Made by a program: the position numbers and the translations under genes. A stretch of DNA of 64,000 nt from contig OZ024743.1 of the NCBI GenBank assembly GCA_964016885.1, forward strand, positions 207,948,001 to 208,012,000, given 5' to 3'. Positions 27,490 to 43,397 of this stretch are shown here, piece after piece. This stretch comes from Eledone cirrhosa (Eukaryota). How positions within the stretch are numbered: the first letter of the stretch is position 1; the number at the start of each line of letters is the position of its first letter. Below the pieces are notes generated by a model that saw nothing but the letters and a program-made list of their open reading frames with translations, searched no databases and had not been told where the DNA came from.

Positions 27490-30400
27490 AAATGCCCAAA
27501 ACTCCGAGTTGGTACCATCAATGTAGGCTCAATGAAAGGAAGAGCAGGAGAAATCGTAGAAATGCTAGAGCGAAAGGAAGTTGATGTATGCTGTGTGCAA
27601 GAGACTAGATGGAGAGGAGGGTCTGCTAGAGTCCTTGTAGGAAAAAGCCAGTGCTACAAATTTTTCTGGGTGGAAAATGACGATGGGATGGGTGGTGTAG
27701 GTATACTATTAGCTGACAAGTGGGTAGATAAAGTAATCTCAGTGTACAGGGTAAATGCAAGAATCATTAAACTCAGACTAGTCCTGAATAAGACAATTAC
27801 CACAATAATATCAGCTTACGCACCCCAATTGGGGCTGCCAGACGAACTTAAGGATAGGTTTTACGAGTCCCTAATACACACTACTGCTCTAACAGACGAC
27901 AAGGACTTCCTAATCATTGCAGGAGATTTTAACGGACACGTAGGTAAACACTGCGACGGCTTCAATAGAGTACATGGAGGCCATGGAGTTGGCACAAGGA
28001 ATGAGGAAGGATTCAGACTTCTAGAATTCTGCGACGCCAATGACATGTCGATATGTAACACAAACTTTAAAAAACCCGACAACCACCTGATCACCTATAG
28101 ATCAGGGGAGCACTCTAGTCAGTTAGATTTTATCCTCATCAGAGGACGTGACAGATGGACGGTCGTAAACACAAAAGCCTTCCCTAGTGAGGAATGTACA
28201 TCCCAACATAGCTTAGTTGTCAGCGACCTCACGGTCAGAACTAGACGAGCCCTGAAACAGAGGCCAACCTGGAGAAGAAAGATCTGGAAGCTGAAAGTCC
28301 CCTCAACCAGTAACAGATTTAAAGATATTTTACTCAACGCCTATGACAGTAAAGAAGAACAGATAGAGACATTTAACATAGAAGAGAACTGGGAGTTCCT
28401 AAAAAATAACTTACTAGAGGCGACGGATGAGGTTTGTGGCTGGAGTAAGACCTCAAGCAGGAGGAGAGTGACTTGGTGGTGGAACAATAAGGTAGATGAA
28501 GCAGTCAAGGCCAAGAGACAGGCATGGAAAGAATGGAAGAACGGGGGGAGCAGGGTACATTACATAGAGACCAAGAGGGAAGCTAGGCGACAAGTATACT
28601 TAGCTAGGAGGGAAGCAGAGGATAGAAAATTCAAGCATGTTTTACAACGTGAGGATCAGAAACAGGAGGTATTCAAGATTGCGAGGCAGTGTGTCAGAGA
28701 TAGTTGTGATGTCATTGGAGAGAAGTGTATCCGGAATGATAAAGGTGAGCTTGCCCTCACAAGTGCTGAGAAGAAAGATGCATGGAAGAGTCATTATGAT
28801 AGATTACTAAATGAGGAGAATGCATGGGAAGAAGAGACCCTACCCCATGTAGACCCTATAGAGGGACCAGCAGTACAAGTCAGCGGCAGCGTAGTAAGTA
28901 AGGCAATCAGAGATATGAAGATAGAGAAGGCAACCGGTCCATCGGGTATAGCTGCCGAGATGCTGAAGGCATCTAGGTCTGTAGGTCACACTATAACCAC
29001 ACGTATCGTTAACCAGGTAATACTAGAAGGGGCCATACCAAAAGATTGGTGCAGTAGCATCATTGTCAACTGCTACAAAGGTAAAGGCGATGTACTAGAT
29101 AGAGGAAACTATAGAGGTATAAAGTTGATGGACCAGGTCATGAAAGTAACAGAAAGAGTTATAGCACAGCTGACTAGGGACCGGGTGAATATAGACGAGA
29201 TGCAATTTGGGTTTGTACCAGGGAGAGGCACCACTGATGCCCTCTTCCTTGTGAGGCAATTACAGGAAAAGTACCTAGCTAAAAGTAAGCCACTCTACTT
29301 GGCATTTGTCGACCTTGAGAAAGCCTTTGACAGAGTTCCACGTGCAGTAATCTGGTGGGCTCTTAGAAAACTAGGAGTAGATGAATGGCTTGTGAAAGCG
29401 GTACAAGCCATGTATAGGGGAGCAGTCAGCAAAGTTAGGATTAGCAATGAGTATAGCGAGGAATTTAGCGTACAGGTTGGGGTCCACCAGGGCTCTGTTC
29501 TTAGCCCTCTCCTGTTCATCATAGTCCTGCAGGCAATAACGGAGGAGTTTAAGACCGGATGCCCATGGGAACTCCTGTATGCTGATGACCTCGCACTCAT
29601 AGCTGAATCTATGGTAGAACTAGAGAATAAATTCCAAACCTGGAAGCAGGGACTAGAGAGAAAGGGCCTCAAAGTCAACATGACAAAGACTAAGGTCCTT
29701 GTAAGTAGACGAGAAAACAGAACCCAGATCCCCTCAGGGAAATGGCCTTGCTCAGTATGTAGGAAAGGTGTAGGTAGGAACTCCATTCTCTGCCCCAAAT
29801 GCAAACAATGGGTACACAAGAGATGTAGCGGGATCTCAGGAAGCTTAATTAAGAATGTAGGATTCACATGCAGCAGCTGTGCTGAAACAGCAAGCAAACA
29901 GCCACAGGAAACAAGTACCACCAATCTCTGGGAGGGCCCTGTAGAAACAGTAGACAGCTTCTGCTACCTAGGTGACCGAATTAGCAACGGAGGTGGGTGC
30001 TCAGAAAGTACAATAACTAGGGTAAGAATGGGATGGAAGAAGTTTAGGGAACTACTACCACTGCTAGCTGCAAAAGGCTTCTCCCTCAGAATGAAAGGCA
30101 GACTGTATGATGCGTGTATCCGAACAGCGATGTTGCATGGTAGTGAGACCTGGGCGCTGAAGGTGGAAGACTTACGTAGATTAGAGAGAAACGAAGCCTG
30201 CATGCTCCGATGGATGTGTAACAGTAATATACGTGAACGACAAAGCATAAAGGAATTGAGAGAGAGACTGAGCATAAGAGGAATCAAATGCTGCGTGCAG
30301 GAGAGGCGGTTACGCTGGTATGGACATGTGATGCGTATGAAGGATGACAGCTGCATAAAAAGGTGCAGAGCACTAGAAGTTGATGGAAACCGTGGAGTGG

Positions 30401-30540
30401 GGAGACGCAAGATGACTTGGGATGAGGTGATAAAAGCCGACCTTACCCAACTACACCTCTCAAAGTCAATGACACACGACCGTAACTTCTGGCGTCACGC
30501 AGTAATACAGGGTACCCGACCTCCCATGGGTACATGCTGA
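27490..30540 (+). CDS. Uninterrupted RTE ORF: APE endonuclease + RT with inserted PHD finger
   Basis: Open from [13 protein letters not shown] to stop (~1016 aa); GDFNGH, DLEKAFD, YADD at 29578, C4HC3 at 29749-29880; first in-frame ATG 27532; upstream YI extension is microsatellite. Confidence 0.95.
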   Translation, partial: KCPKLRVGTINVGSMKGRAGEIVEMLERKEVDVCCVQETRWRGGSARVLVGKSQCYKFFWVENDDGMGGVGILLADKWVDKVISVYRVNARIIKLRLVLNKTITTIISAYAPQLGLPDELKDRFYESLIHTTALTDDKDFLIIAGDFNGHVGKHCDGFNRVHGGHGVGTRNEEGFRLLEFCDANDMSICNTNFKKPDNHLITYRSGEHSSQLDFILIRGRDRWTVVNTKAFPSEECTSQHSLVVSDLTVRTRRALKQRPTWRRKIWKLKVPSTSNRFKDILLNAYDSKEEQIETFNIEENWEFLKNNLLEATDEVCGWSKTSSRRRVTWWWNNKVDEAVKAKRQAWKEWKNGGSRVHYIETKREARRQVYLARREAEDRKFKHVLQREDQKQEVFKIARQCVRDSCDVIGEKCIRNDKGELALTSAEKKDAWKSHYDRLLNEENAWEEETLPHVDPIEGPAVQVSGSVVSKAIRDMKIEKATGPSGIAAEMLKASRSVGHTITTRIVNQVILEGAIPKDWCSSIIVNCYKGKGDVLDRGNYRGIKLMDQVMKVTERVIAQLTRDRVNIDEMQFGFVPGRGTTDALFLVRQLQEKYLAKSKPLYLAFVDLEKAFDRVPRAVIWWALRKLGVDEWLVKAVQAMYRGAVSKVRISNEYSEEFSVQVGVHQGSVLSPLLFIIVLQAITEEFKTGCPWELLYADDLALIAESMVELENKFQTWKQGLERKGLKVNMTKTKVLVSRRENRTQIPSGKWPCSVCRKGVGRNSILCPKCKQWVHKRCSGISGSLIKNVGFTCSSCAETASKQPQETSTTNLWEGPVETVDSFCYLGDRISNGGGCSESTITRVRMGWKKFRELLPLLAAKGFSLRMKGRLYDACIRTAMLHGSETWALKVEDLRRLERNEACMLRWMCNSNIRERQSIKELRERLSIRGIKCCVQERRLRWYGHVMRMKDDSCIKRCRALEVDGNRGVGRRKMTWDEVIKADLTQLHLSKSMTHDRNFWRHAVIQGTRPPMGTC

Positions 30541-30840
30541 AGCATATAAACAATATGCCCCCACTCCCCCCCACCGCAAGGTGGTCGTGGAGGTGCCACG
30601 GCAAAAAAGCACCCAGCCCACACTGTAAAGTGGACGTGTAGGCGCCACGAAAAAGCACCCAGCACTCACTGTAAATGAGGTTGGTGTTAGGAAGGGCATC
30701 CAGCTGTAGAAATCAAGCCAGATCAGTTCCTGTATGAGCAAGGCATGGTCAGCCGACCAGACACTGCCCACAACAGGACAACCCATCTAACCCATGCTAG
30801 CGTGGAAGAACGGACGTAAAACGGTGATGATGATGATGAT
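27490..30840 (+). mobile_element. RTE LINE lacking 5'UTR, ~300-nt 3'UTR, (GAT)n tail
   Basis: Starts at the end of a TA array; ends ...cggacgtaaaacggtgatgatgatgatgat. Confidence 0.95.
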
Positions 30841-30850
30841 GTATATATAT

Positions 30851-32316
30851 GTATAGTGAAGAGTTTAGCGTAAAACTTGGTGTCCATCAGGGCTCTGTTC
30901 TTATCCCCCTACTATTTATTATTGCCCTTCAGGCTATAACAGAGGAGTTCAAGACCGGCTGCCCATGGGAACTCCTATACGCAGACGACCTGACACTCAT
31001 AGCTGAATCAATGGCCGAGCTAGAGAAGAAATTCCAAACATGGAAGCACGGCCTAGAATCAAAAGGCCTTAAAATTAACCTGGCTAAGACTAAAGTTCTA
31101 GTTTGTAGGAAAGAAAATAAGGTGGCGGTCCCTTCCGGGAAATGGCCATGCTCAGTGTGTAGGAAAGGCGTAGGTAGAAACTCCATTTTATGTCCCAAAT
31201 GCAAAGTATGGGTGCATAAAAGATGTAGTGGGATCACAGGTAAGCTAACTAAGAACTTAGATTTTACATGTGGGCGGTGCTCTGGTGCAATAAGTAGCAG
31301 CGAGTGCCCACAAAATACTAACTCTTTCAATTGCGCAGAGGGCTCTATAGAAATAGTGGACAGCTTCCGTTACCTGGGTGACAAAATCAGCAGTGGGGGA
31401 GGGTGCTCCGAAAGTACAGTAGCTAGAGTCAGAACTGGATGGAAAAAGTTCAGAGAGCTTATACCACTATTAGCCGCTAAAGGGTTCTCCCTAAAAATGA
31501 AAGGCAGGTTGTATGATGCCTGCATACGAACAGCAATGTTGCATGGCAGTGAGACCTGGGCATTGTGTGCAGAGGATATCCGCAGACTAGAGAGGAACGA
31601 AGCTTGTATGCTCCGCTGGATGTGTAATAGTAATATACGTGAACGGCAAAGCATAAACGAACTAAGGAAAAAATTAGAAATAAGAGGGATCAGATGTTGT
31701 TTACTCGAGAGAAGGCTACGTTGGTACGGACACGTGATGCGCATGAAAGTCGATAGCTGTATAACAAAGTGCAGGGCAATAGAGATAGACGGTAGCCACG
31801 GAATAGGCAGACCTAGAAAATCCTGGGACGAGCTGATAAACTCCGACCTCACACACTTACACCTCTTCAAGACAATGTCACTGGACCGAGACCTTTGGCG
31901 GTACTCAGTAATAGAGAAGACCCGCCTTACCTAAATACATAGTAAAACCTATTACAGCCAGTAGGCATCTCTAACAAAATACACCCCCGTCCCACCACCC
32001 ACACCCCATCCACACCACCCCCTCCTATATAAAGTTATGTTGGTGCCACAACATCCAGGCCGAAACAAATGAGATCGTGTAGGTGTCACGACAAAAAAAC
32101 ACACAGTCCACGCTGTAATGTGGCCGTGTAGGCAACACGGTAAAAACCTCCCAGTCCCACACTGTAAATGTGGTTGGTGTTAGGAAGGGCATCCAACTGT
32201 AGAAAACGTGCCAGACAGTCCTATGCGAGCAAGACAATCACTCTTGCCTCAAGTGGGAATACCCCCGTCGAAACCCATGCAAGCGTGGAACACGGACGTT
32301 AAACGTTGATGATGAT
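30851..32316 (+). mobile_element. 5'-truncated RTE-PHD LINE (another subfamily)
   Basis: ORF 30849-31934 with QGSVL, YADD, PHD, LRWYGH; 3'UTR ends gatgatgat; near-identical to 35863-37450 in opposite orientation. Confidence 0.95.
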
Positions 32317-32350
32317 TATGTATGTATGTATATATATGTATATATATATA

Positions 32351-34720
32351 ACTTTGAATAACTTTGAATAACTTTGAAATGTTTTGGCCAGTATTGGCCC
32401 AGGCCATGTCTAACTTAATAGCACCACCTGGCGAAGTCTTTCAATTCAGGATTTGGGCACCATGGCCCATTCGAGAAGAGAATTACTGTTTGCGGAGACA
32501 TATCCGGGTGTGGGTGGTTTGTCCGGGATTACTTGGAGGAATTTGTCCAAAGACTTCTTGAATTTTGTGTGGTCAGTTTCTGTTTTGACGTGTCCTGGTG
32601 TGATGTTGAAGAGAGCAGGGCCGATTGAGGTGAAATAATTGTGCCGTATTGTTATGAGTTGTGATTTAGATTTTTGAATGGGACGGATAGCACGGGGCCC
32701 AAGCCTTGGGTGCATCTTGAAGGCGATGCCAACATCATTTGGGCAGTGATGATGGAACATTTTCCACATCATGCAGATAATATAACGCTCACTGCGACGT
32801 TGGAGTGAGTAAAGTTTCAGGTTTTCTAATCGACCCCAGTAGTCAAGGTCTGACATGCCATCTATCTTTTTCGTGATTGCCCTTTGAGGAGCTTCAAGTT
32901 TCATGATACTTTGTTTCGTGTGGGGAGACCACAGTGGACAACAGTATTCAAGGTGTGGTCGGGCAAAAGTAGAGAAGAGAAGGATAATGGTGCGGGAATC
33001 TCTCGACTGGAAGGTTCTGAGGATCCAGGAACACATTCTGCGGGCCATGTCAACTTTGCTGCTTATATGCGTGGTCCAGCTTATGTTGCTGTCCACGGTT
33101 ACTTCCAAGTCTCTGATGTTGTTAGATGCCACGAGAGTTTCCCCGGAGGGAAGGGAGTACGGGAGTTTCAGAGCATCCTCTTTTCCAAAGTGGATCAGTT
33201 CGAATTTGTCTTCGTTCAGTAACATGTTGTTCTTTTCTGCCCATTGGGTAACAGCCAGTAGGTCTGACTGAAGGCTTATCCGGTCATCCACGCCATTGAT
33301 GACCTTTTGGAGCTTGGAATCATCAGCGAAAATTTTAATGTTGCTGTGTTTGATGATGTCAGTGATGTCATTAATATAGATGATGAAGAGAAGTGGGCCC
33401 AACACAGTGCCTTGTGGGACCCCACTACTCACTTTGGCTGGGCTTGATTTGACTCCCTCAACTACAACATGTTGGGTTCTGTTTGACAGGAAGCTCTTGA
33501 TCCACTGCAGCAGCTTTCCAGTGACACCAATATTGGACAGCTTTCTCAGTAGAATGTTATGATCAACCCTGTCAAAGGCCTTGCTGAAATCAAGGTAGAT
33601 AACATCAGAGTTGGAACCCTCTCCCAAGGCTCTCAAAATGTCATCAAAGTGATGCAGTAGCTGCGTCAGGCAATCCCTTCCATTACGGAATCCATGCTGG
33701 TTGGAGTTCAGCATATTGTTACTCTCAAGGAAGTGGGTCATTCGCGATCTCACCACTCGCTCAAATACCTTAATGATATGAGAGGTGAGTGAGATTGGAC
33801 GGTAATTCACGGCAAGGGATTTGTTTCCCTTTTTGAAAACTGGGACAACAGACTGGGATAGAAGGTTTTCTGGCACATATCCAGCATCCAGTGAGTTCCG
33901 CCACAGATTGGCAAGAGGAGATGCAAGTTGGTGTTGACACGCCTTCAAGACACAAGCAGGGAACCTATCGGGACCTACTGCTGAATTATGCTTGATTTCC
34001 TTTATTGCCGCCAAGACATCAGGGGTGCCAAACGTTATGTCCGATAAGGTGTAATGGGGAGTAACATCGCCGATACAGCCCAGATCAGCCATATCAGGAT
34101 TGCTGAAAACAGAGCAGTATTGTTTCTGCAGTATCTCACCCATGGTTTTAGCATTGTCTTGAAGAGTGCCATTTTCATCAATTAGAGGGCCAACAGTAGA
34201 GCCAGTGATTTTGTGTTTTTTTGCAAATGAAAAGAACACTTTGGGATTGAGTTTGATCTTCTCAATGGCCCAGGCCTCTTCAGCTCTTCTCTGATTGTTG
34301 ATGAGGGACATTATGTTGTTTTGGAGGTTATGTTTTTCAATCTCTAGTGATGAAATGGCAGTCAAGTTGATGTGTTGCTGCTGACAGTATTTCAGCTTGT
34401 TGATTTTTTTGTTCGTTCTCTTAATTTTTCTGATGAGCGTTTTTCTATTTCTAGGGATTCTGCTCTTAGATTTGTTTATAGTTCTTAATGGGGTGTGTTT
34501 AGCACATATGTTTGTAACAGTGTCCACAAATGTCTGCCAGGACTTTTTGATGTTAGTGGGTGTATGAGTGTGCGTGAAGGACCAGTCGACATGTGCAAGA
34601 TCATGACTGATCGCTTCCCAGTTTGCATTGTGGAAATCCATAGCGTCAAACGGATGGACAGGAGAGATGACATTGGGTTTGTATATTGGACGGTGGAATC
34701 TCAGATCACAGAGAACCATG
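32351..34720 (-). mobile_element. 5'-truncated CR1-group LINE with open RT; tail (TATTCAAAGT)3
   Basis: NYRPISLTS, DFSKAFD, GVPQGTVLGP, FADD, RPHLEYC, stop at 32446; the first ~75 aa of the listed ORF come from the neighbouring element. Confidence 0.95.
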
Positions 34721-35104
34721 TCAAGGCAGAATTCTAGGAGAAGGAAAACTCTGATATAACACCTGCAACCCTGATGGTATCCAATGATGTTGACCTGTTC
34801 TTCTTTTTGGTAAATATCATCTTGGTTAAGAGAGTGGGACTGGCTTTGTGCAGTGCCTTTGCTCACTATAAAAGCTTCACAGCACAGGCATTGCTTTGTA
34901 TCTGGAGATCTCTCTGCACTTGTCATCACATGGTACCATGGGCCCTGCACTATGTGTCAATAATGGTCACAAGTGTAGTCTTTGTACCAGAGTTTTCAAG
35001 TCGCTGGCTGGACTAAAAAGTCACATTCGTTCAGCGCATCGGTAGGGGTTCTCCTACATGGATATAAAGTAGTGGCCGTACTCGAAAACGAGTTGGCAGC
35101 CACC
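34719..35104 (+). mobile_element. Bipartite non-autonomous RTE derivative (5'UTR + C2H2-finger 3' end), copy 1
   Basis: 5' part similar to 58258-58455; 34968-35045 encodes [25 protein letters not shown]. Confidence 0.85.
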
Positions 35105-35363
35105 ATATATATATGTATATGTATGTATGTATATATGTATATATATATATATATATATGTATATGTATATGTATGTATATATATATGTATATATGTATAT
35201 ATATATTTATGTATATGTATATGTATGTATATATATATGTATATATGTATATGTATGTATATATGTATATATGTATATGTATATGTATGTATATGTATAT
35301 GTATATGTATGTATATATATATATGTATATGTATGTATATATATATATATATATGTATATGTA

Positions 35364-35396
<33 letters not shown>

Positions 35397-35416
35397 ATAT
35401 GTATGTATATGTATAG

Positions 35417-35677
35417 CATAAAAGAGAAAACGCAGGTAAGCATTAAGAGAAGGATTTTATCCAGGTATTTACGACCGTTTCATTGGTAAGTGCAACCTTA
35501 TATTGCTATACTGCAAATAGCAGCCACTCAATTATAATTGTTGTTCACAGTCCAAATTTTCAAAATAGTAAGTTACTCTTGAAATAATTCTTAATATATA
35601 TCGAACCCTTAACCTAACGGACGTAAATACCTGGATAAAATCCTTCTCTTAATGCTTACCTGTGTTTTCTCTTTTAT
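35417..35677. repeat. ~62-bp inverted repeat in a TA-flanked island
   Basis: ataaaagagaaaacgcaggtaagc...tttacgaccgtt (35417-35479) vs aacggacgtaaa...ttctcttttat (35616-35677). Confidence 0.85.
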
Positions 35678-35862
35678 ACTTTATACTCCAAGATTGAACG
35701 GAATTCTTACAAACTTGTGGAGTTAAACCTAACCGTACGTTGAAACCATCCATGAAACTGGCTTTCTTAACCAAAAACTGGATCACAATAAGCAATTTTT
35801 TGCTTCTCTAACTATATATATGTATATATATATATATATATGTATATGTATATATATATATA

Positions 35863-38278
35863 TCATCATCATCATCAGGTTTAGTGTCTGTGTTCCACAC
35901 TTGCATGGGTTTGGACGGGGGTTTTCCCACTTGAGGCAAGAGTGGTTGTCTTGCTCGCATAGGACTGTCTGGCGGGTTTTCTACAGCTGGATGCCCTTCC
36001 TAACACCAACCACATTTACAGTGTGGGGCTGGGAGGTTTTTACCGTGTTGCCTACACGGCCACATTACAGCGTGGACTGTCTGGCGGGTTTTCTACAGCT
36101 GGATGCCCTTCCTAACACCAACCACATTTACAGTGTGGGGCTGGGAGGTTTTTACCGTGTTGCCTACACGGCCACATTTACAGCGTGGACTGTGTGTTTT
36201 TTTTGTCGTGACACCTACACGCTCTCATTTGTTTCGGCCTGGATGTTGTGGGACCAACATAACTTTACATTGAAAGGGGTGGTGTGGATGGGGTGGAGGT
36301 GGTGGGACGGGTGTGTGTATTGATAGAGATGCCTACTGACTGTAGTAGGTTTTTACTTTGTATTTAGGTAAGGCGGGTCTTCTCTATTACTGAGTACCGC
36401 CAAAGGTCTCGGTTCAGTGACATTGTCTTGGAGAGGTGTAAGCGTGTGAGGTCGGAATTTATCATGTCGTTCCAGGTTTTTCTGGGTCTGCCTACTCCGT
36501 GGCTACCGTCTATCTTTATTGCCCTGCACTTTGTTATACAGCTGTCGTCTTTCATGCACATCACGTGACCGTACCAACGTAGCCTTCTCTCGAGTAAACA
36601 ACATCTGATCCCTCTTATTTCTGATTTTTTCCTTAGTTCGTTTATGCTTTGCCGTTCACGTATATTACTATTACACATCCAGCGGAGCATGCAAGCTTCG
36701 TTCCTCTCTAGTCTGCGGATATCCTCTGCGCACAATGCCCAGGTCTCACTGCCATGCAACATTGCTGTTCGTATGCAGGCATCATACAACCTGCCTTTCA
36801 TTTTTAGGGAGAACCCTTTAGCGGCTAATAGTGGTATAAGCTCTCTGAACTTTTTCCATCCAGTTCTGACTCTAGCTACTGTACTTTCGGAGCACCCTCC
36901 CCCACTGCTGATTTTGTCACCCAGGTAACGGAAGCTGTCCACTATTTCTATAGAGCCCTCTGCGCAATTGAAAGAGTTAGTATTTTGTGGGCACTCGCTG
37001 CTACTTATTGCACCAGAGCACCGCCCACATGTAAAATCTAAGTTCTTAATTAGCTTACCTGTGATCCCACTACATCTTTTATGCACCCATACTTCGCATT
37101 TGGGACATAAAATGGAGTTTCTACCTACGCCTTTCCTACACACTGAGCATGGCCATTTCCCAGAAGGGACCGCCGCCTTATTTTCTTTCCTACAAACTAG
37201 AACTTTAGTCTTAGCCAAGTTAATTTTAAGGCCTTTTGATTCTAGGCCGTGCTTCCATGTTTGGAATTTCTTCTCTAGTTCGGTCATTGATTCAGCTATG
37301 AGCGTTAGATCATCTGCGTATAGGAGTACCCATGGGCAGCCGGTCTTGAACTCCTCTGTTATAGCCTGAAGGGCAATAATAAATAGTAGGGGGCTAAGAA
37401 CAAAGCCCTGATGGACACCAACTTTTACGCTAAACTCTTCACTATATTCGTTGTTAATTCTAACCTTACTGACTGTTTCTTTATACATGGTTTGTATAGC
37501 TCTCACAAGCCATTCGTCAACACCTAGTTTTCTAAGAGACCACCAGATAATGGAATGGGGGACTCTGTCGAAGGCTTTCTCCAAGTCGACGAAAGCTAAG
37601 TATAGGGGTTTACTTTTAGCTAGGTACTTCTCCTGTAGTTGTCGTACAATGAAAAGAGCGTCTGTGGTACTTTTTCCTGACACAAACCCGAACTGCATTT
37701 CATCTAGATCAATTCTCTCTCTGATTAGTTGCGCTATTACTTTTTCTGTGACCTTCATGACCTGGTCGATTAATTTAATGCCTCTATAGTTACTCCTATC
37801 TAGGGCATCTCCTTTTCCCTTATAGCAGTTAACGATGATGCTGCCACGCCAGTACTTTGGAACAACCCCATTCTGTACGAGTTGGTTAACTATCCGGGTG
37901 ACCATGGTGTGTCCCACCGAACCAGATGCCTTCAGCATCTCAGCAACTATTTCCGAAGGACCAGCCGCCTTACCCGTCTTCATATCTTTGATTGCCTTGC
38001 TTATTGTACTACCCTGGACTAACACTGCTGGTCCCTCTATTAGGTCGGTGTGGGGGAGACTGTCTTTCTCCCATTTATTCTCCTCATTTAGAAGCCTTTC
38101 GTAGTGACACTTCCAAGCTACCTTCTTATCAGCGTCGGTGATGGCAAGTATGCCATCATCGATAAGTACACACTTCTCCCCGACAATATCACGGTTTTCC
38201 TTGACACATTGCCTGGCAATCCTGAACACCTCACGTTTTTGGTCCTCACGTTGTAGAACATGCTTGAACTTTCTTTCA
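35863..38278 (-). mobile_element. 5'-truncated RTE-PHD LINE, open from ERKFKHVLQ to stop at 36364
   Basis: RT motifs, PHD insert, 112-bp tandem duplication in the 3'UTR, (gat)n tail; TA arrays at both ends. Confidence 0.95.
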
Positions 38279-38298
38279 TATATATGTATATATATATG

Positions 38299-38333
<35 letters not shown>

Positions 38334-38334
38334 G

Positions 38335-38405
<71 letters not shown>

Positions 38406-38417
38406 GTATATATATGC

Positions 38418-38469
<52 letters not shown>

Positions 38470-38554
38470 GTATATATATATGTATATATATATGTATATA
38501 TATATATATGTATAGATGTATATATATATGTATATATATATATATGTATAGATG

Positions 38555-38585
<31 letters not shown>

Positions 38586-38854
38586 GTATATATATATATC
38601 TATATATATATATGTATATATATATATATGTATATATATGTATATATATATGTATATATATATGTATATATATATGTATATATATATATGTATATATATA
38701 TATGTATATATATATATGTATATATATATATGTATATATATATATGTATATATATATGTATATATATATATGTATATATATATATGTATGTATATATATA
38801 TATGTATATATATATATGTATATATATGTATATATATATATATGTATATATATG

Positions 38855-38887
<33 letters not shown>

Positions 38888-38892
38888 GTATA

Positions 38893-38923
<31 letters not shown>

Positions 38924-39032
38924 GTATATATATGTATATATATATATATGTATATATATGTATATATATATATATGTATATATATGTATATATACATATA
39001 TATGTATATATACATATATATGTATATATATG

Positions 39033-39071
<39 letters not shown>

Positions 39072-39084
39072 GTATATATATATG

Positions 39085-39124
<40 letters not shown>

Positions 39125-39200
39125 TATCTGTACATATGTATATGTATATATATATGTATATGTATATATATATATATGTATATGTATATGTATATATATA
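38279..39200. repeat. (TA)nTG compound microsatellite
   Basis: TA runs punctuated by TG. Confidence 0.98.
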
Positions 39201-39615
39201 TTTCCGGGAGAGATGACCCCTTAGCCTTTGTCAAGGCAGAATTCTAGGAGAAGGAAAACTCTGATATAACACCTGCAACCCTGATGGTATCCAATGATGT
39301 TGACTTGTTCTTCTTTTTGGTAAATATCATCTTGGTTAAGAGAGTGGGACTGGCTTTGTGCAGTGCCTTTGCTCACTATAAAAGCTTCACGGCACAGGCA
39401 TTGCTTTATATCTGGAGATCTCTCTGCACTTGTCGTCACATGGTACCATGGGCCATGCACTATGTGTCAATAATGGTCACAAGTGTAGTCTATGTACCAG
39501 AGTTGTCAAGTCGCTGGCTGGACTAAAAAGTCACATTCGTTCAGCGCATCGGTAGGGGTTCTCCTACATAGATATAAAGTAGTGGCCGTACTCGAAAACG
39601 AGTTGGCAGCCACCA
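39201..39615 (+). mobile_element. Bipartite non-autonomous RTE derivative, copy 2
   Basis: Near-identical to 34719-35104 with ~28 extra 5' nt resembling 58233-58260; TA arrays both sides. Confidence 0.85.

Positions 39616-43397
<3,782 letters not shown>

Noticed and set aside
29295-31870. Antisense ORFs over RT regions
   Set aside because: Shadow ORFs of LINE coding sequence with no independent motifs
34721-34950. N-terminal extension of the 834-aa CR1 ORF
   Set aside because: Antisense read-through of the adjacent mini-RTE
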